Shown: positions 1 to 9,222 of the stretch, in pieces
Numbering within the stretch: position 1 is the first letter of the stretch
Layout of the letters: every line of letters starts with the position of its first letter
Assembly (NCBI GenBank): GCA_039028615.1
Contig: JBCCHT010000016.1
Span: forward strand, 96,001-160,000
Length of the DNA: 64,000 nucleotides
From: Myxococcota bacterium
GTDB taxonomy: Bacteria; Myxococcota_A; Polyangia; Nannocystales; Nannocystaceae
Reading direction: 5' to 3'
The notes under the pieces: generated by a model
What the model saw: the letters and a program-made list of their open reading frames with translations, nothing else
What the model was told of the DNA's origin: nothing
Database searches by the model: none
Position numbers and translations under genes: made by a program

Positions 1-2124
1 GTCGAGGGCGACGAGCGCTCGCTATGGGACGCCAAGCGGCAAGGCCCGCCGCCTTGGCCCACGGGGAGCGCTCGGGTGCCCCGCGCCGTGGTCACCGCGA
101 TCCGACGCGGGCTGGCGGTGGACCCCAACGAGCGCTGGCCATCGATGCACGACCTGCTCGCCGAGCTTGCTTGGGACCCGCGGCGTCGTCGGCAGCGCTG
201 GGTGCTGGGTATCGTGGGTGGGGGCGTCGTGGCGCTCGGCGGCGCGGCGTCGTGGTCGTGGGCGCAGGCGAGGGCCGAGCGCTGCTCGGGGGCCTCCGCT
301 CACCTCCAAGGGGTCTGGGACGACGAGCGCCGCGCTGAGGTCGAGGCCGCGATCCTGGGGATCGAGCGCCCCTACGCGGGGTCCGTGTGGCAGCAGACCG
401 AGGGGGCCCTGTCGAGCTACGCAGGGGAGTGGGCGACGGCCCACACCGAGGCATGCGAGGCCACGACCATTCGTCGAGAGCAGAGCGCCGCGGCGATGGA
501 GCTGCAGATGCGCTGTCTCGACCGCGCCCGGGTGGAGCTGCGAGCGACCGTCGACACGCTATCCGGTGCGGACGAAGGGGTGGTGCGTCGAGCCCATCAG
601 CTGACGGGCGGGCTGCAGCCCTTGGCTCGTTGTGGCGACGTCGAGCGGCTACGCGAGCAGGAGGAGCATGGGCCGCCACCGCTCGCGGAGGAGGCCGAGG
701 CGGTGGAGGAGGGCCGACGTCATCTGGCGGACGCGCGCTCGCTGATCCGAGGCGGCCTGTTCGACGCTTCGCAACGCTCGCTCGAAGAGGCCCGCGTCGC
801 CCTGTCGGAGGTCGAGTACGTGCCCGTACGCGTGGAGCAGCAGCTGGCCGAGGGCGCGCAGTTCGAGGCGAAGGGCGACTACGCCGAGGCGGAAGCGGCA
901 TTCGTGAGCGCACTCGAGCTGGGGTTGGGGCAGAACCTCCGCACGCCCGCCGCCAACGCAGCCATGAAGCTGATGTACGTGCTGTCGGCCGGCCATCGAC
1001 GCGCCGACGAAGCGCTTCGCTATTGGTCGCTCGTGCAGGGGTTGGTCGCCGGAGACGACTCCATGGAGATGGCCGCTCGGGGCTCCTACGCCATGCTGTC
1101 GCACACGCGGGGCGACTATGAGGCCGCGGAGGCGGAATTCCGGGCCGTGTACGAGTACTACCTGGACTCGCACGGGCCCCAGCATCACACCGTCGCCCGA
1201 GTGCAGCTCAACATCGCCAATGCGCTCTACGGTCGCGGTCGGCTCGAGGAGTCCGCCGCGGTGAGCCGAGCCTCGCTGGCCGCCTTCGTGGCCGCGCTGG
1301 GACCCCAGCACCCCAACGTCGCGGCGGCTCGACTGAACCTCGCGACGACGCTCGGCGATCTCGGTCACTTGGACGAGGCGGAGGCGGAGGCCCGAGCTGG
1401 TCTGGTCGCCCTCGAGGCGGCGCAGGGGGCCGAGCATCCCGATCTCGCCATGGTGCGGCTGAACCTCGCGAACCTCCTCGACCGCCAAGGACGGTCGCAG
1501 GAGGCGGACGAGGAGAACCGACGCGCTCTCGAGCTGTTCGAGAAGACGCTCGGGCCCGAGCACCCGAACGTGGCCACGCTGCGCCTGAACATCGCCGCCA
1601 AGTACGAGCGCGAGGATCGCTTCGACGAGGCCGAGCCGCTGATTCGCTCCGCGCTCGCGATCTTCGAACGGACGCTGGGCCCCGATCATCCCAACCTGGC
1701 CGTGCCCTACAACAACCTCGGCGCGGTGCTCGAGGGACGGGGGCAAGACGACGAGGCGGAGGTCGAGTACCGAGCCGCGGTCGAGCTGCGCGCGAGGGTG
1801 CTGGATGCCGACCACCCCAAGCTGGCGCGCTCGCGCTACGTGCTGGCGCGCTTCCTGCTGAAGCGCGGCGGCATCGTCGAGGCCTTGCCGCTGGCGGAAC
1901 AGGCCTGGGCTCGCCTTCGCCAGCCCGACAGCTCGGTGGAGGCACGGTCCAAGTGCGCCTTCGTGCTGGCTCGCTTGCTGTGGGCCCACGAAGCACCGCA
2001 GCGCGACCGGCAGCGGGCGCGCGAGCTGGCCGCGGCCACGGCGAAGCAGCTCCGCGCGTCGGGGGAAGACCACGCCGAGCTGCTCCGCGACGTGGAGCAG
2101 TGGATCACCGCGCACCCTCGATGA
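1..2124 (+). CDS. Ser/Thr protein kinase-TPR protein, C-terminal part (5' end outside window)
   Basis: Frame open from base 1. Kinase C-lobe end (IRRGLAVDPNERWPSM), a TM segment, then TPR repeats (LGPEHPNVA, LGPDHPNLAVPYNNLG). Paralogous to 52333..55218. Confidence 0.85.
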   Translation, partial: VEGDERSLWDAKRQGPPPWPTGSARVPRAVVTAIRRGLAVDPNERWPSMHDLLAELAWDPRRRRQRWVLGIVGGGVVALGGAASWSWAQARAERCSGASAHLQGVWDDERRAEVEAAILGIERPYAGSVWQQTEGALSSYAGEWATAHTEACEATTIRREQSAAAMELQMRCLDRARVELRATVDTLSGADEGVVRRAHQLTGGLQPLARCGDVERLREQEEHGPPPLAEEAEAVEEGRRHLADARSLIRGGLFDASQRSLEEARVALSEVEYVPVRVEQQLAEGAQFEAKGDYAEAEAAFVSALELGLGQNLRTPAANAAMKLMYVLSAGHRRADEALRYWSLVQGLVAGDDSMEMAARGSYAMLSHTRGDYEAAEAEFRAVYEYYLDSHGPQHHTVARVQLNIANALYGRGRLEESAAVSRASLAAFVAALGPQHPNVAAARLNLATTLGDLGHLDEAEAEARAGLVALEAAQGAEHPDLAMVRLNLANLLDRQGRSQEADEENRRALELFEKTLGPEHPNVATLRLNIAAKYEREDRFDEAEPLIRSALAIFERTLGPDHPNLAVPYNNLGAVLEGRGQDDEAEVEYRAAVELRARVLDADHPKLARSRYVLARFLLKRGGIVEALPLAEQAWARLRQPDSSVEARSKCAFVLARLLWAHEAPQRDRQRARELAAATAKQLRASGEDHAELLRDVEQWITAHPR

Positions 2125-2129
2125 GGCCG

Positions 2130-2810
2130 CTACTCGCCCGCGGTGGCCCGGATATAGTCCTGGAGCGTCACCGGGGACACCAGCTCGAAGGTCGACTTGA
2201 GCGGCCGGATGGTGGAGATGCGATCGATCCGAAAGTTGCGGAAGTCTTCCCGCAGCTCGCACCACGCTCCCACCGTCCAGGTGCTGCCCCAGAAATACAG
2301 CCCCAGCGGACGTAGGGTGCGGCGCGTGGCCTTGCCCTCTCGATCGAGATAGCGAAGGCTCACCCGCCGCCGCTCGTCGATGCAGGTCCGCATGGTGCCC
2401 AGTCGCTTGCGAAACTCGGGGGGCACGCGGAACGACAGCGAGAACAGGGCGGTGTTGTTGATGCGCCCCCGCTCGGCCTCGGGCAGGGCCGCCTCGACCT
2501 TCTCGAGCACGCTCTGGGCGGCGCGCTGGAGCTCTTCATCGGCCCAGCTCTCGACCATGCGAGCGCCCAGGACCAGGGCTTGGATTTCATTGACGGAGAA
2601 CATCAGCGGAGGGAGCTCGAAGTCCTTGCCGAGGCGGTAGCCCACCCCGGCTTCGCCCTGAATGGGCACTCCCGAGAGGCTGAGGTCCCGTATGTCGCGG
2701 TAGACGGTGCGCTCCGAGACCTGCAGCCGCTCGGCGATCCTCGCCGCCGTGGTGATCCGGCGATGCTGGAGGATCTGGACGATCTGGAAGAGTCGGTCAG
2801 CCCGTCGCAT
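2130..2810 (-). CDS. YafY-family HTH-WYL transcriptional regulator
   Basis: MRRADRLFQIVQIL, wHTH VSERTVYRDIRDL, GEAGVGY, WYL domain WCELREDFRNFRIDRI. Confidence 0.92.
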   Translation of the reverse strand: MRRADRLFQIVQILQHRRITTAARIAERLQVSERTVYRDIRDLSLSGVPIQGEAGVGYRLGKDFELPPLMFSVNEIQALVLGARMVESWADEELQRAAQSVLEKVEAALPEAERGRINNTALFSLSFRVPPEFRKRLGTMRTCIDERRRVSLRYLDREGKATRRTLRPLGLYFWGSTWTVGAWCELREDFRNFRIDRISTIRPLKSTFELVSPVTLQDYIRATAGE

Positions 2811-3207
2811 CCGCGATCGAACTTTGGGCGGATTCGTGGAAGAAGTCCAGGATCACCCCGTTGGGGTCGACCGCGGTGAAGCTGCGCCAGCCCCAGGGTT
2901 TGTCGCTGGGCTCGGACAGGATCTGCGCGCCGTGGCCTCGCATGGCCTGGTGTTTGTCGTCGGCGTCCTTGGTGGGGACGCTGACGATCAGCCCCTGGCC
3001 TCCGAAGGGCACCGTCGGGCCCATGGGCGTGTCGCCGCTGGGGCGCATGAACGCCAGCTCTGGTCGCGCCTCGTCGTCTCCGTAGCGGACCTGCAGGTAG
3101 TTGTCGTTCTCGAAGGTCACGACGAACCCCGCCTTGCCCGTGTAGTACGCCTTGGTCTCGTCGAGCTTGTCGGTGATGACCAGGGGAAAGAGCTTGTTCG
3201 GATTCAT
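2797..3207 (-). CDS. VOC/glyoxalase family protein
   Basis: ETKAYYT..GF and PSDKPWGWRSFTAVDPNG motifs. Overlaps the start of the WYL gene. ATG at 3207 preferred. Confidence 0.85.
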   Translation of the reverse strand: MNPNKLFPLVITDKLDETKAYYTGKAGFVVTFENDNYLQVRYGDDEARPELAFMRPSGDTPMGPTVPFGGQGLIVSVPTKDADDKHQAMRGHGAQILSEPSDKPWGWRSFTAVDPNGVILDFFHESAQSSIADATG

Positions 3208-3228
3208 GCCGAGCACCCTAGTGAACCC

Positions 3229-3295
3229 CTCCTGCCACCGGTGTGTCACCAGGGCCCGCGCCCCCCGGGGACTCCTGTCAGCGTTGTGTCAGGAG
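3229..3295. promoter_or_regulatory. Pair of candidate WYL/YafY operator sites next to a probable leaderless promoter
   Basis: CTCCTGCCACCGGTGTGTCA (3229-3248) and CTCCTGTCAGCGTTGTGTCAGGAG (3272-3295, imperfect palindrome). Minus-strand TAGGGT lies 7 nt before the VOC ATG. Confidence 0.6.
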
Positions 3296-3314
3296 GGCCC
3301 GCGACGGGCCTTCG

Positions 3315-3360
3315 AAAAGCAAAACCCCCGGAGTCTCGCGAGCGAGTCCCCAGGGGTCTG
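3315..3360 (-). terminator. Intrinsic terminator after the 3387..5063 gene
   Basis: Minus strand CCCCTGGGGACTCGC-TC-GCGAGACTCCGGGGG hairpin followed by TTTTGCTTTT. Confidence 0.6.
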
Positions 3361-3386
3361 CGGCGTGAAGGCCGATGCGTCCCGGC

Positions 3387-5063
3387 TCAGAAGGTGACCG
3401 GGAAGTCCGTGCCCTGCTGCGCGCTCAGGAAGCGCGGGAAGGTGGCCTTGGACAGCTTGTCGGCCACGCACTGGCCCAGCGCATTGTTGTGCGGAGCCTT
3501 GGGCTCGGCCGACATGACCTTGCCGCTGTCGCCCTCGATGGAGAGCTTCACGTGCACGATCTCGCCGGGGCTCGCCCCGTGCTGCGCACAGCCACTCTTG
3601 GCCTTGCCCTTGGCCGAGCGCAGGGCCTTGCGGATCTGCGACTGGCTGAGCTTGTCGGGCAGGGTGGCGTCGAGGTCCTTGAGGCCCGGGCCGCCGCCCT
3701 TCTTGCCGACACAGCCCGGCGCGTTCGGGTTGAACACGCAGTTGGCCTTGCCGCCCTCGAAGGGATCGGGTCCGCCCTTGTCGTCCTCGCTGTAGTCGCC
3801 GTAGGGGGCACCCGCGCCCTTCTTCTTCTTGCCGCCCTTCCTCTTGGCGCGGGCGACGGTCTGGGTCGCACCCCAGTCGTCGTCGCCCTCGGGCTCCTCG
3901 CCGCCGGTCCCGGTCCCAGTGCCGGTATCGGAGCCGCTGCCCGAGGAGTCGCCCCCCGTGCTGCTGCCACCCATGACCGGCTCGGGCTCGGGCTCGGGCT
4001 CGGGTGCGGGCGGGGGCGCCGGCTTGGCGGCCACGGCGGGTTCCTTGGTCTCGGCGACCTGGGGCGCGGGCTCGTCGGGCTTTTGCATGGCGAACCAGAC
4101 GATGCCGCCGAGCAGCAGCACCGCGATGGCCACCAGGATGAGCTTGTTGTTGCCGCCCTCTTCGGACTTGCCGGCTGCGGCCGCACCTGCGCCCGCCGTC
4201 GCCGCCGAAGATGCGGCCGCGGCCTTCGCCGACTCGGCCACGGCAGCCGAGCTCGAGCTCGATGCGGCGGCGCCCGCCGACGCGGCGGCGATCGGAGCCA
4301 CGACCACGGCGCCACTGCTGTCGTCGTCGTCGTCGTCGTCGTCGTTGCCCGGGGCGAGCAACGTTCCCAGCGGATCGTCGTTCTGCTCCGCCTCGGCGGC
4401 TTTGACCTTGGCCTGCGCCTTGGCGACCTTGCGCTCGAGCGCTTCGTCTTCGGCGGTGGGCTGCGGTGCCTTGAGGACGGCGTCGATCGGATCGACGTCT
4501 CCCTCGTCGTCGGGCGTGACGATCGAAGTCTTCTTGGCCTCGGCGTTGGCGAGCTTGGCCTTGGCCTCGGCGAGCTTGGCTTGCGCTTCGGCGAGCTTGG
4601 CTGCTGCCTCGGCCTTGGCCAGCTCGGCCTTCACCCGCGCCAGCTCGGACTCCGGGTCGTCGGAGTCGGCCGCCTCGGGGGCGGGCGCAGGCGCTTCGGC
4701 CTTCTTGGCCGGCGGAGGCGGGGGCGGGGGAATCGTGCCCTTGGCTTTCGGCTTGGGGGCCTCGGCCTTCGGGGGGGGCGGTGGTTTGGGCGGAGCCTTG
4801 GGTGCCGCGTCGGCACCTTCGTCCCCCCCGACCATCGCCGCGGCAGCCCCTTGGCTCGGACCTACGCTATCGAGGTCGTCGTCATCGTCGTCGTCGGAGC
4901 CGAAGCCGTCGTCGTCATCGTCTTCGTCACCCAACGCCTCGCCCGCTTCGAGAATGTCCGTGAGGCCGGAGCTTTCCGAGTCGGCATTCTCTTGATTGTC
5001 CTGTTCTGAGCCGGTGTCCATCTGACTTACCTGAGTTGCTTCGCGTTGAGCAGACCGCGCCAC
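3387..5063 (-). CDS. Low-complexity bitopic membrane protein with a C-terminal TonB-like (AgmX/PglI-type) domain
   Basis: Acidic/Pro/Ala-rich N-terminus, one TM (LILVAIAVLLLGGIVWF), C-terminal CAQH...VKLSIEGDSGKV...LGQCVADKLSKATFP...FPVTF. The start may be ATG 5021. Confidence 0.6.
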   Translation of the reverse strand: MARSAQREATQVSQMDTGSEQDNQENADSESSGLTDILEAGEALGDEDDDDDGFGSDDDDDDDLDSVGPSQGAAAAMVGGDEGADAAPKAPPKPPPPPKAEAPKPKAKGTIPPPPPPPAKKAEAPAPAPEAADSDDPESELARVKAELAKAEAAAKLAEAQAKLAEAKAKLANAEAKKTSIVTPDDEGDVDPIDAVLKAPQPTAEDEALERKVAKAQAKVKAAEAEQNDDPLGTLLAPGNDDDDDDDDSSGAVVVAPIAAASAGAAASSSSSAAVAESAKAAAASSAATAGAGAAAAGKSEEGGNNKLILVAIAVLLLGGIVWFAMQKPDEPAPQVAETKEPAVAAKPAPPPAPEPEPEPEPVMGGSSTGGDSSGSGSDTGTGTGTGGEEPEGDDDWGATQTVARAKRKGGKKKKGAGAPYGDYSEDDKGGPDPFEGGKANCVFNPNAPGCVGKKGGGPGLKDLDATLPDKLSQSQIRKALRSAKGKAKSGCAQHGASPGEIVHVKLSIEGDSGKVMSAEPKAPHNNALGQCVADKLSKATFPRFLSAQQGTDFPVTF

Positions 5064-5152
5064 ACTTGCATCAACGACCCTGAGAGTCGTAACGACCCGT
5101 GATCCCTAACCGGTGCCGCGCCCGGGCGCAATTTTGCCGGGCGAAGATGCGC

Positions 5153-6706
5153 TTACGACCCGTCAGCTGTTGGTTTTGTGGGTTTCGGGGCAGTTGAATC
5201 CGTTCCGGGACGGGTACCGGGGCCTACGGATGGAGGCGGAGAACTCGCGGAACCCGCATTTGCCGGCGTCGCGGGGGGTTGTGCGCCGAGGGGAGCGATC
5301 TCCATCGTGGCCGGCGGAGCCTTCGATTCCTCGTCCTCTTCGGGCTCGTCGAGCGCCGACGGAGGCAGCTTGCCGTTGCGGCGCGCCTTGATGGCTTCGA
5401 TCCGACGGCGCCTCATCTCCTCGACTTCTTCGGGGGTCTTGCCCGCGATTTGCTGGGAGAAACCCGCGCCGTACTTCATGCCCATCTCGGCTTGGCCCGT
5501 GGTCAGCTCGCCTCGAATTTGGATGGACCGCGCCTCACGTTCGACCTCGAGTTTTTCGTAGATCGGTTTGACGTTGATGATGAGCCCCAAGTTGCTGCCG
5601 ATGGTCTCCCGCAGGTCCTTGCTCCACCACGTCTGGAACGCACGGGCATCCTCGACGGTGTCGAACTTCGTTCGGATGAGCACCTGGGGGTTCAGGTCGG
5701 ACGAGACGCTGATCTCGAACTCGTCGGGGATCTCGAAGGGCAGGGGGTTTTTGGTGACGTTCTTGCGGACGTCGGCGATGACGATCTGCAGCGCGGCCTT
5801 GGGCTGACGACGAGCGTAGCGACGCAGGTTGACCAGGTTGGCCACGAAGTTGCCCGAGGTCTTGCGCCCGTCCTCGGTGGGCCCCTCGATGATGTTGGGC
5901 AGGAACTCTTCGCGGACGTAGACCGCGATGTTGTCCTCGAGGAACACGAACCAGCGGTTGTCGGGATCGATCGCGTCGGGATCGGCGGGGCGCGGGTTGC
6001 CGCGGAGGAAGCCGCCGTCGTCCACCCACTCGATGACTTCGTTGCGGACCGCAGCCGCTCGCTCGATGCCGCGCTGGGCTTCCTCGCGCGAGACCTTGTA
6101 GTCGACGGCCAGGAAGGTCTGGGTCCAGTCGCGAATGTCGGGACTGGCGATCACGATGTGGTCGAAGTCCTTCAGCGCGTCGAAGCGGCCCTGATCGATG
6201 AGGTACTCGAAGTCCGGCAGCGGAGCCATGATGTCGAGGACGTTCTGCCGCAGCGGATGGCGGCGGAGCTTCCTCGGCACGAGCAGCATGTGGAAGGTGC
6301 TGGTCTCGGGGGCGAGCTTGCTGACGCGGGAGCCCTTGGCGGCGAACTTCTTCGGCTTGGGCTTTTCGGGCTCCGGCTCCGGCTCGGGCGGAGGCTTTTC
6401 CTCTTTGCTGTTCGGGTCCTCCGGCGTGGGAGGGGGCGGGGGTGCTTCCTCCGGCGGCTCGGGCTCGGGCGGCGGCTGTTCGGGCTCCGGCTCCGGCTCC
6501 GGCGTGGGTCCCTTGATGGCGTCGGGGTCGATGAGCTCGACCTCCGTGAACTCGAAGTCGTCGAACTCGGGGATCTCGATGCTCGGTACGCAGCTCATCC
6601 TGAACACGGGCGCGCCCACGATGGCCGTATGCGCCACGAAGGACACACCGAGGGCCAAGCGTTTGCGGAGGCGATCGCGCACGGGTTCGGGGCGGAACGA
6701 TAGCAC
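5153..6706 (-). CDS. Hypothetical membrane-anchored protein with a Pro/Glu-rich linker
   Basis: N-terminal hydrophobic segment, PEPEPE linker, globular C-terminal region with typical codon usage. Confidence 0.7.
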   Translation of the reverse strand: MLSFRPEPVRDRLRKRLALGVSFVAHTAIVGAPVFRMSCVPSIEIPEFDDFEFTEVELIDPDAIKGPTPEPEPEPEQPPPEPEPPEEAPPPPPTPEDPNSKEEKPPPEPEPEPEKPKPKKFAAKGSRVSKLAPETSTFHMLLVPRKLRRHPLRQNVLDIMAPLPDFEYLIDQGRFDALKDFDHIVIASPDIRDWTQTFLAVDYKVSREEAQRGIERAAAVRNEVIEWVDDGGFLRGNPRPADPDAIDPDNRWFVFLEDNIAVYVREEFLPNIIEGPTEDGRKTSGNFVANLVNLRRYARRQPKAALQIVIADVRKNVTKNPLPFEIPDEFEISVSSDLNPQVLIRTKFDTVEDARAFQTWWSKDLRETIGSNLGLIINVKPIYEKLEVEREARSIQIRGELTTGQAEMGMKYGAGFSQQIAGKTPEEVEEMRRRRIEAIKARRNGKLPPSALDEPEEDEESKAPPATMEIAPLGAQPPATPANAGSASSPPPSVGPGTRPGTDSTAPKPTKPTADGS

Positions 6707-6874
6707 TCGGGCCCGGGTTCGCGGCGAAGGCCGAACGTGGGCTATCGCGCGGCGTTCGGCCTCTACGGCCGCGTCGAAGGCCGCAGGGCCACCGGTCGAT
6801 CGGTGACCACGACTAGAGCCATCACGGACATCTCGGGCGTGGCGGCGTACGCGAGGGCCGAGTCCCGAGCCGAC

Positions 6875-7450
6875 TCAGCTACCCCAGCGCTCGACGACGG
6901 CCTGCACCCGCTCGCGAAAGCCGGGTTCCTGGTGCCGCTGAAACTCTTTCCACGTGCACAGGGTCGAGGTGTCTTCGACGCGATCGACGAACAGCTTGCC
7001 GTCGAGGTGGTCGACCTCGTGCTGGAAGGTCCCGGCGGTGATGCCCCGGACTTCGCGATCGATGGTGTTGCCGTGGCGGTCGAGGGCCTGGACCCGCAGC
7101 TCGGCGTAGCGCGAGACGACCCCGCGCAGGTCCGGCACCGACAGGCAGCCCTCGTAGTTGTCGAAGCGCTCGTCCGACAGCGGGGTGAGGACCGGGTTGA
7201 CCAGGATGGTCAGCGGGATGTTCGGCTTGTACGGGTAGCGAGGGTTGTCCTTCACGTGCATCGCGACGACCCGGATCGGTCGGTAGACCTGGATCGCGGC
7301 GAGCCCCGCTCCCGAGGCGTCGTGCATGGTCTCGACGAGGTCGTCGATGAAGGTCTGGATCTCGTCGCTGCCCAGCGCCTCGGCGCTGACCGGCTCCGCT
7401 TGCGTGCGCAGGACGGGCGCGCCGATCTGGGCGATCTTGAGGAGCGTCAT
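6875..7450 (-). CDS. def: Peptide deformylase
   Basis: GAGLAAIQV, EGCLSVP and QHEVDHLDG motifs. ATG 7450 overlaps the upstream stop (ATGA). Confidence 0.95.
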   Translation of the reverse strand: MTLLKIAQIGAPVLRTQAEPVSAEALGSDEIQTFIDDLVETMHDASGAGLAAIQVYRPIRVVAMHVKDNPRYPYKPNIPLTILVNPVLTPLSDERFDNYEGCLSVPDLRGVVSRYAELRVQALDRHGNTIDREVRGITAGTFQHEVDHLDGKLFVDRVEDTSTLCTWKEFQRHQEPGFRERVQAVVERWGS

Positions 7451-9204
7451 CCCTTGACGATCTTGGCTTTGAGCGCGGCCTTGCCGTCTTTGACGTACAC
7501 GGTGAAGTTCACCCGCGCGACCTCGGGGCGCTTCTTCTTGATGTCCGACGCGTTCTTGGTCAGCTTCTGCGCGAACTTCTCGAAGGTCAGCTTGTCGGTC
7601 GGCTCGCCGCACTGGGCCTTGACCCGCAGGAACTCCTCGTAGACCTCGCGATAGCGTTCTTGCTCGGGCGAGGCGGCCGCGGCCGCAGGGGCAGCCGCCG
7701 GAGCGGCAGGGGCGGCCGGCTTGGGCGCGGGCGTGGGCGCAGCCGCACGGGGCGGCGGAGTCGGGGCCGCAGGCGCGGGGGCAGCCGGCTTGGGCGCGGG
7801 CGCGGGGGCAGCCGGCTTGGGCGCGGGCACGGGCTCGGGCTTGGCCGTGAGCGCGGGCGTGGTCTCCGACTCGGGCTCGACCATGGGTCGCTTGCGGACC
7901 CCGGAACCAGCGTCTTCGTTGCCCGCGGTCAGCGTGCGATAGGAACGGCTCCCCGGGCGGTTGGAGACGCCGCGGTGCGCCCGGGTGGCCCGGCGCGCAC
8001 GCGTGGTCCGAGGACGCGACCGGGCGTCGCTCGGGTCTTCCATCTCCTCTTCTTCCTCGATCTCGAGCTCGGCCAGGTAGGCCTGCCGCAGCGCCTCGTG
8101 GGCCGCGGCCGCGGCTCGGGCGACCTCACCCGCCGTCCCGCCGTAGCGATCGTGGAAGATCGAGTGCTGGGTTCCCAGGGCGATGGCGTTGAACTCTCGG
8201 CTCAGCCGCTGCATGGGCGTCAGGCCTTCGAGGCCGGGAAGGTAGAAGGCCAGGCCCACGGTGACGAGGAGCAGGCCGCCGAGCAGCGGCCAGTTGAGCT
8301 CGCTGGTGAGGCCCTTTTCGCGGGCCTGGGCCAGCGCCTGCGCCAGGTCTTGCTGACCGGCGGCGGCGGTGCGCGAGGACAGCACGACGAGCATCGCACC
8401 GTTGTCGCCCTGACCGGCCGGGCCGGGGATGCGACCGAGCGAGCCGAGGCGGGCGTTCATGCCGTCGCCGACCTCGAACACCTTGCTCGCGCCCTCACCG
8501 GGGGCGTCGCCCTTGTGATCCTTGGCCAGCGCCAGCAACGACTCACTCACCGGCTGGTTGCCGATGATGTCGCCGAGCATCTCGTCCTTGCGCACGACGG
8601 CGGCGGGGTTGTTGGAGCCGAGCACGCGTCGCAGCAGCGAGCCCGCCCCGGTCTCCAGTCGCTCCACCGCGATCAGCCGACGGCCCTCGGCGTCGGGCTT
8701 GAGCACCTTGGCCACATGGAGCTGGTCGGACAGCGCGAGGGAGAAGATCGTGTCCTCTTCGGCGGGGGCGTCTTGGAACGCCTCGGATGCGACGAGCTCG
8801 GGGACTTCCTTTTCGGCGGCACCGCTGGCGGCGACGACAGCCCCGGTCTTGTCGACCAGCGCGACGGTCATGTTCGAACCGGTGCGGTTGCGGGTCTCTT
8901 CGGCGACCTCGCCGAGCGTGTTGTAGACGTCGGCATCGCGCGCGTCGGGATCGTCTGGATCGGGCTCGGCCGACAGCGCCTCTTGCAGTCGCGAGTCTTG
9001 CATCACGCTGCCCGCCTGCTGCACGGGCGAGGCTTGGATCTGAGACTCGAGCGCGGCGACGCCGGCCTCGGTGACCGCACTCACGGCGGCGCGATCGGCA
9101 TCGGTGAAGCCTCCGCTCGTGTCGGCGGAGAGCAGGAACATGCCTGCGAGGCATGCGGTGGCGAGGAACGCCAGAATGATGGCCCAAGCTCTGGTCAGCG
9201 GCAC
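7447..9204 (-). CDS. MXAN_5187-family membrane protein
   Basis: Two TMs around a periplasmic domain, a PAAPAP linker, and C-terminal YEEFLRVKAQCGEPTDKLTFEKF...FTVYVKDGKAALKA. Confidence 0.75.
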   Translation of the reverse strand: MPLTRAWAIILAFLATACLAGMFLLSADTSGGFTDADRAAVSAVTEAGVAALESQIQASPVQQAGSVMQDSRLQEALSAEPDPDDPDARDADVYNTLGEVAEETRNRTGSNMTVALVDKTGAVVAASGAAEKEVPELVASEAFQDAPAEEDTIFSLALSDQLHVAKVLKPDAEGRRLIAVERLETGAGSLLRRVLGSNNPAAVVRKDEMLGDIIGNQPVSESLLALAKDHKGDAPGEGASKVFEVGDGMNARLGSLGRIPGPAGQGDNGAMLVVLSSRTAAAGQQDLAQALAQAREKGLTSELNWPLLGGLLLVTVGLAFYLPGLEGLTPMQRLSREFNAIALGTQHSIFHDRYGGTAGEVARAAAAAHEALRQAYLAELEIEEEEEMEDPSDARSRPRTTRARRATRAHRGVSNRPGSRSYRTLTAGNEDAGSGVRKRPMVEPESETTPALTAKPEPVPAPKPAAPAPAPKPAAPAPAAPTPPPRAAAPTPAPKPAAPAAPAAAPAAAAASPEQERYREVYEEFLRVKAQCGEPTDKLTFEKFAQKLTKNASDIKKKRPEVARVNFTVYVKDGKAALKAKIVKG

Positions 9205-9222
9205 GGGCCGTCAGTTTAGGGG

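Noticed and set aside
649..2265. Long antisense or alternate-frame ORFs here and throughout (e.g. 3375..5009, 18142..20553, 52762..54966, 60607..63183)
   Set aside because: These are stop-poor shadows of real genes in high-GC DNA and carry no recognisable motifs.
7700..7830. Direct repeats (GGGGCAGCCGGCTTGGGCGCGGGC) and (TCG)n runs near 4320 and 25820
   Set aside because: They encode Pro/Ala and poly-Asp linkers within CDS and are not independent elements.
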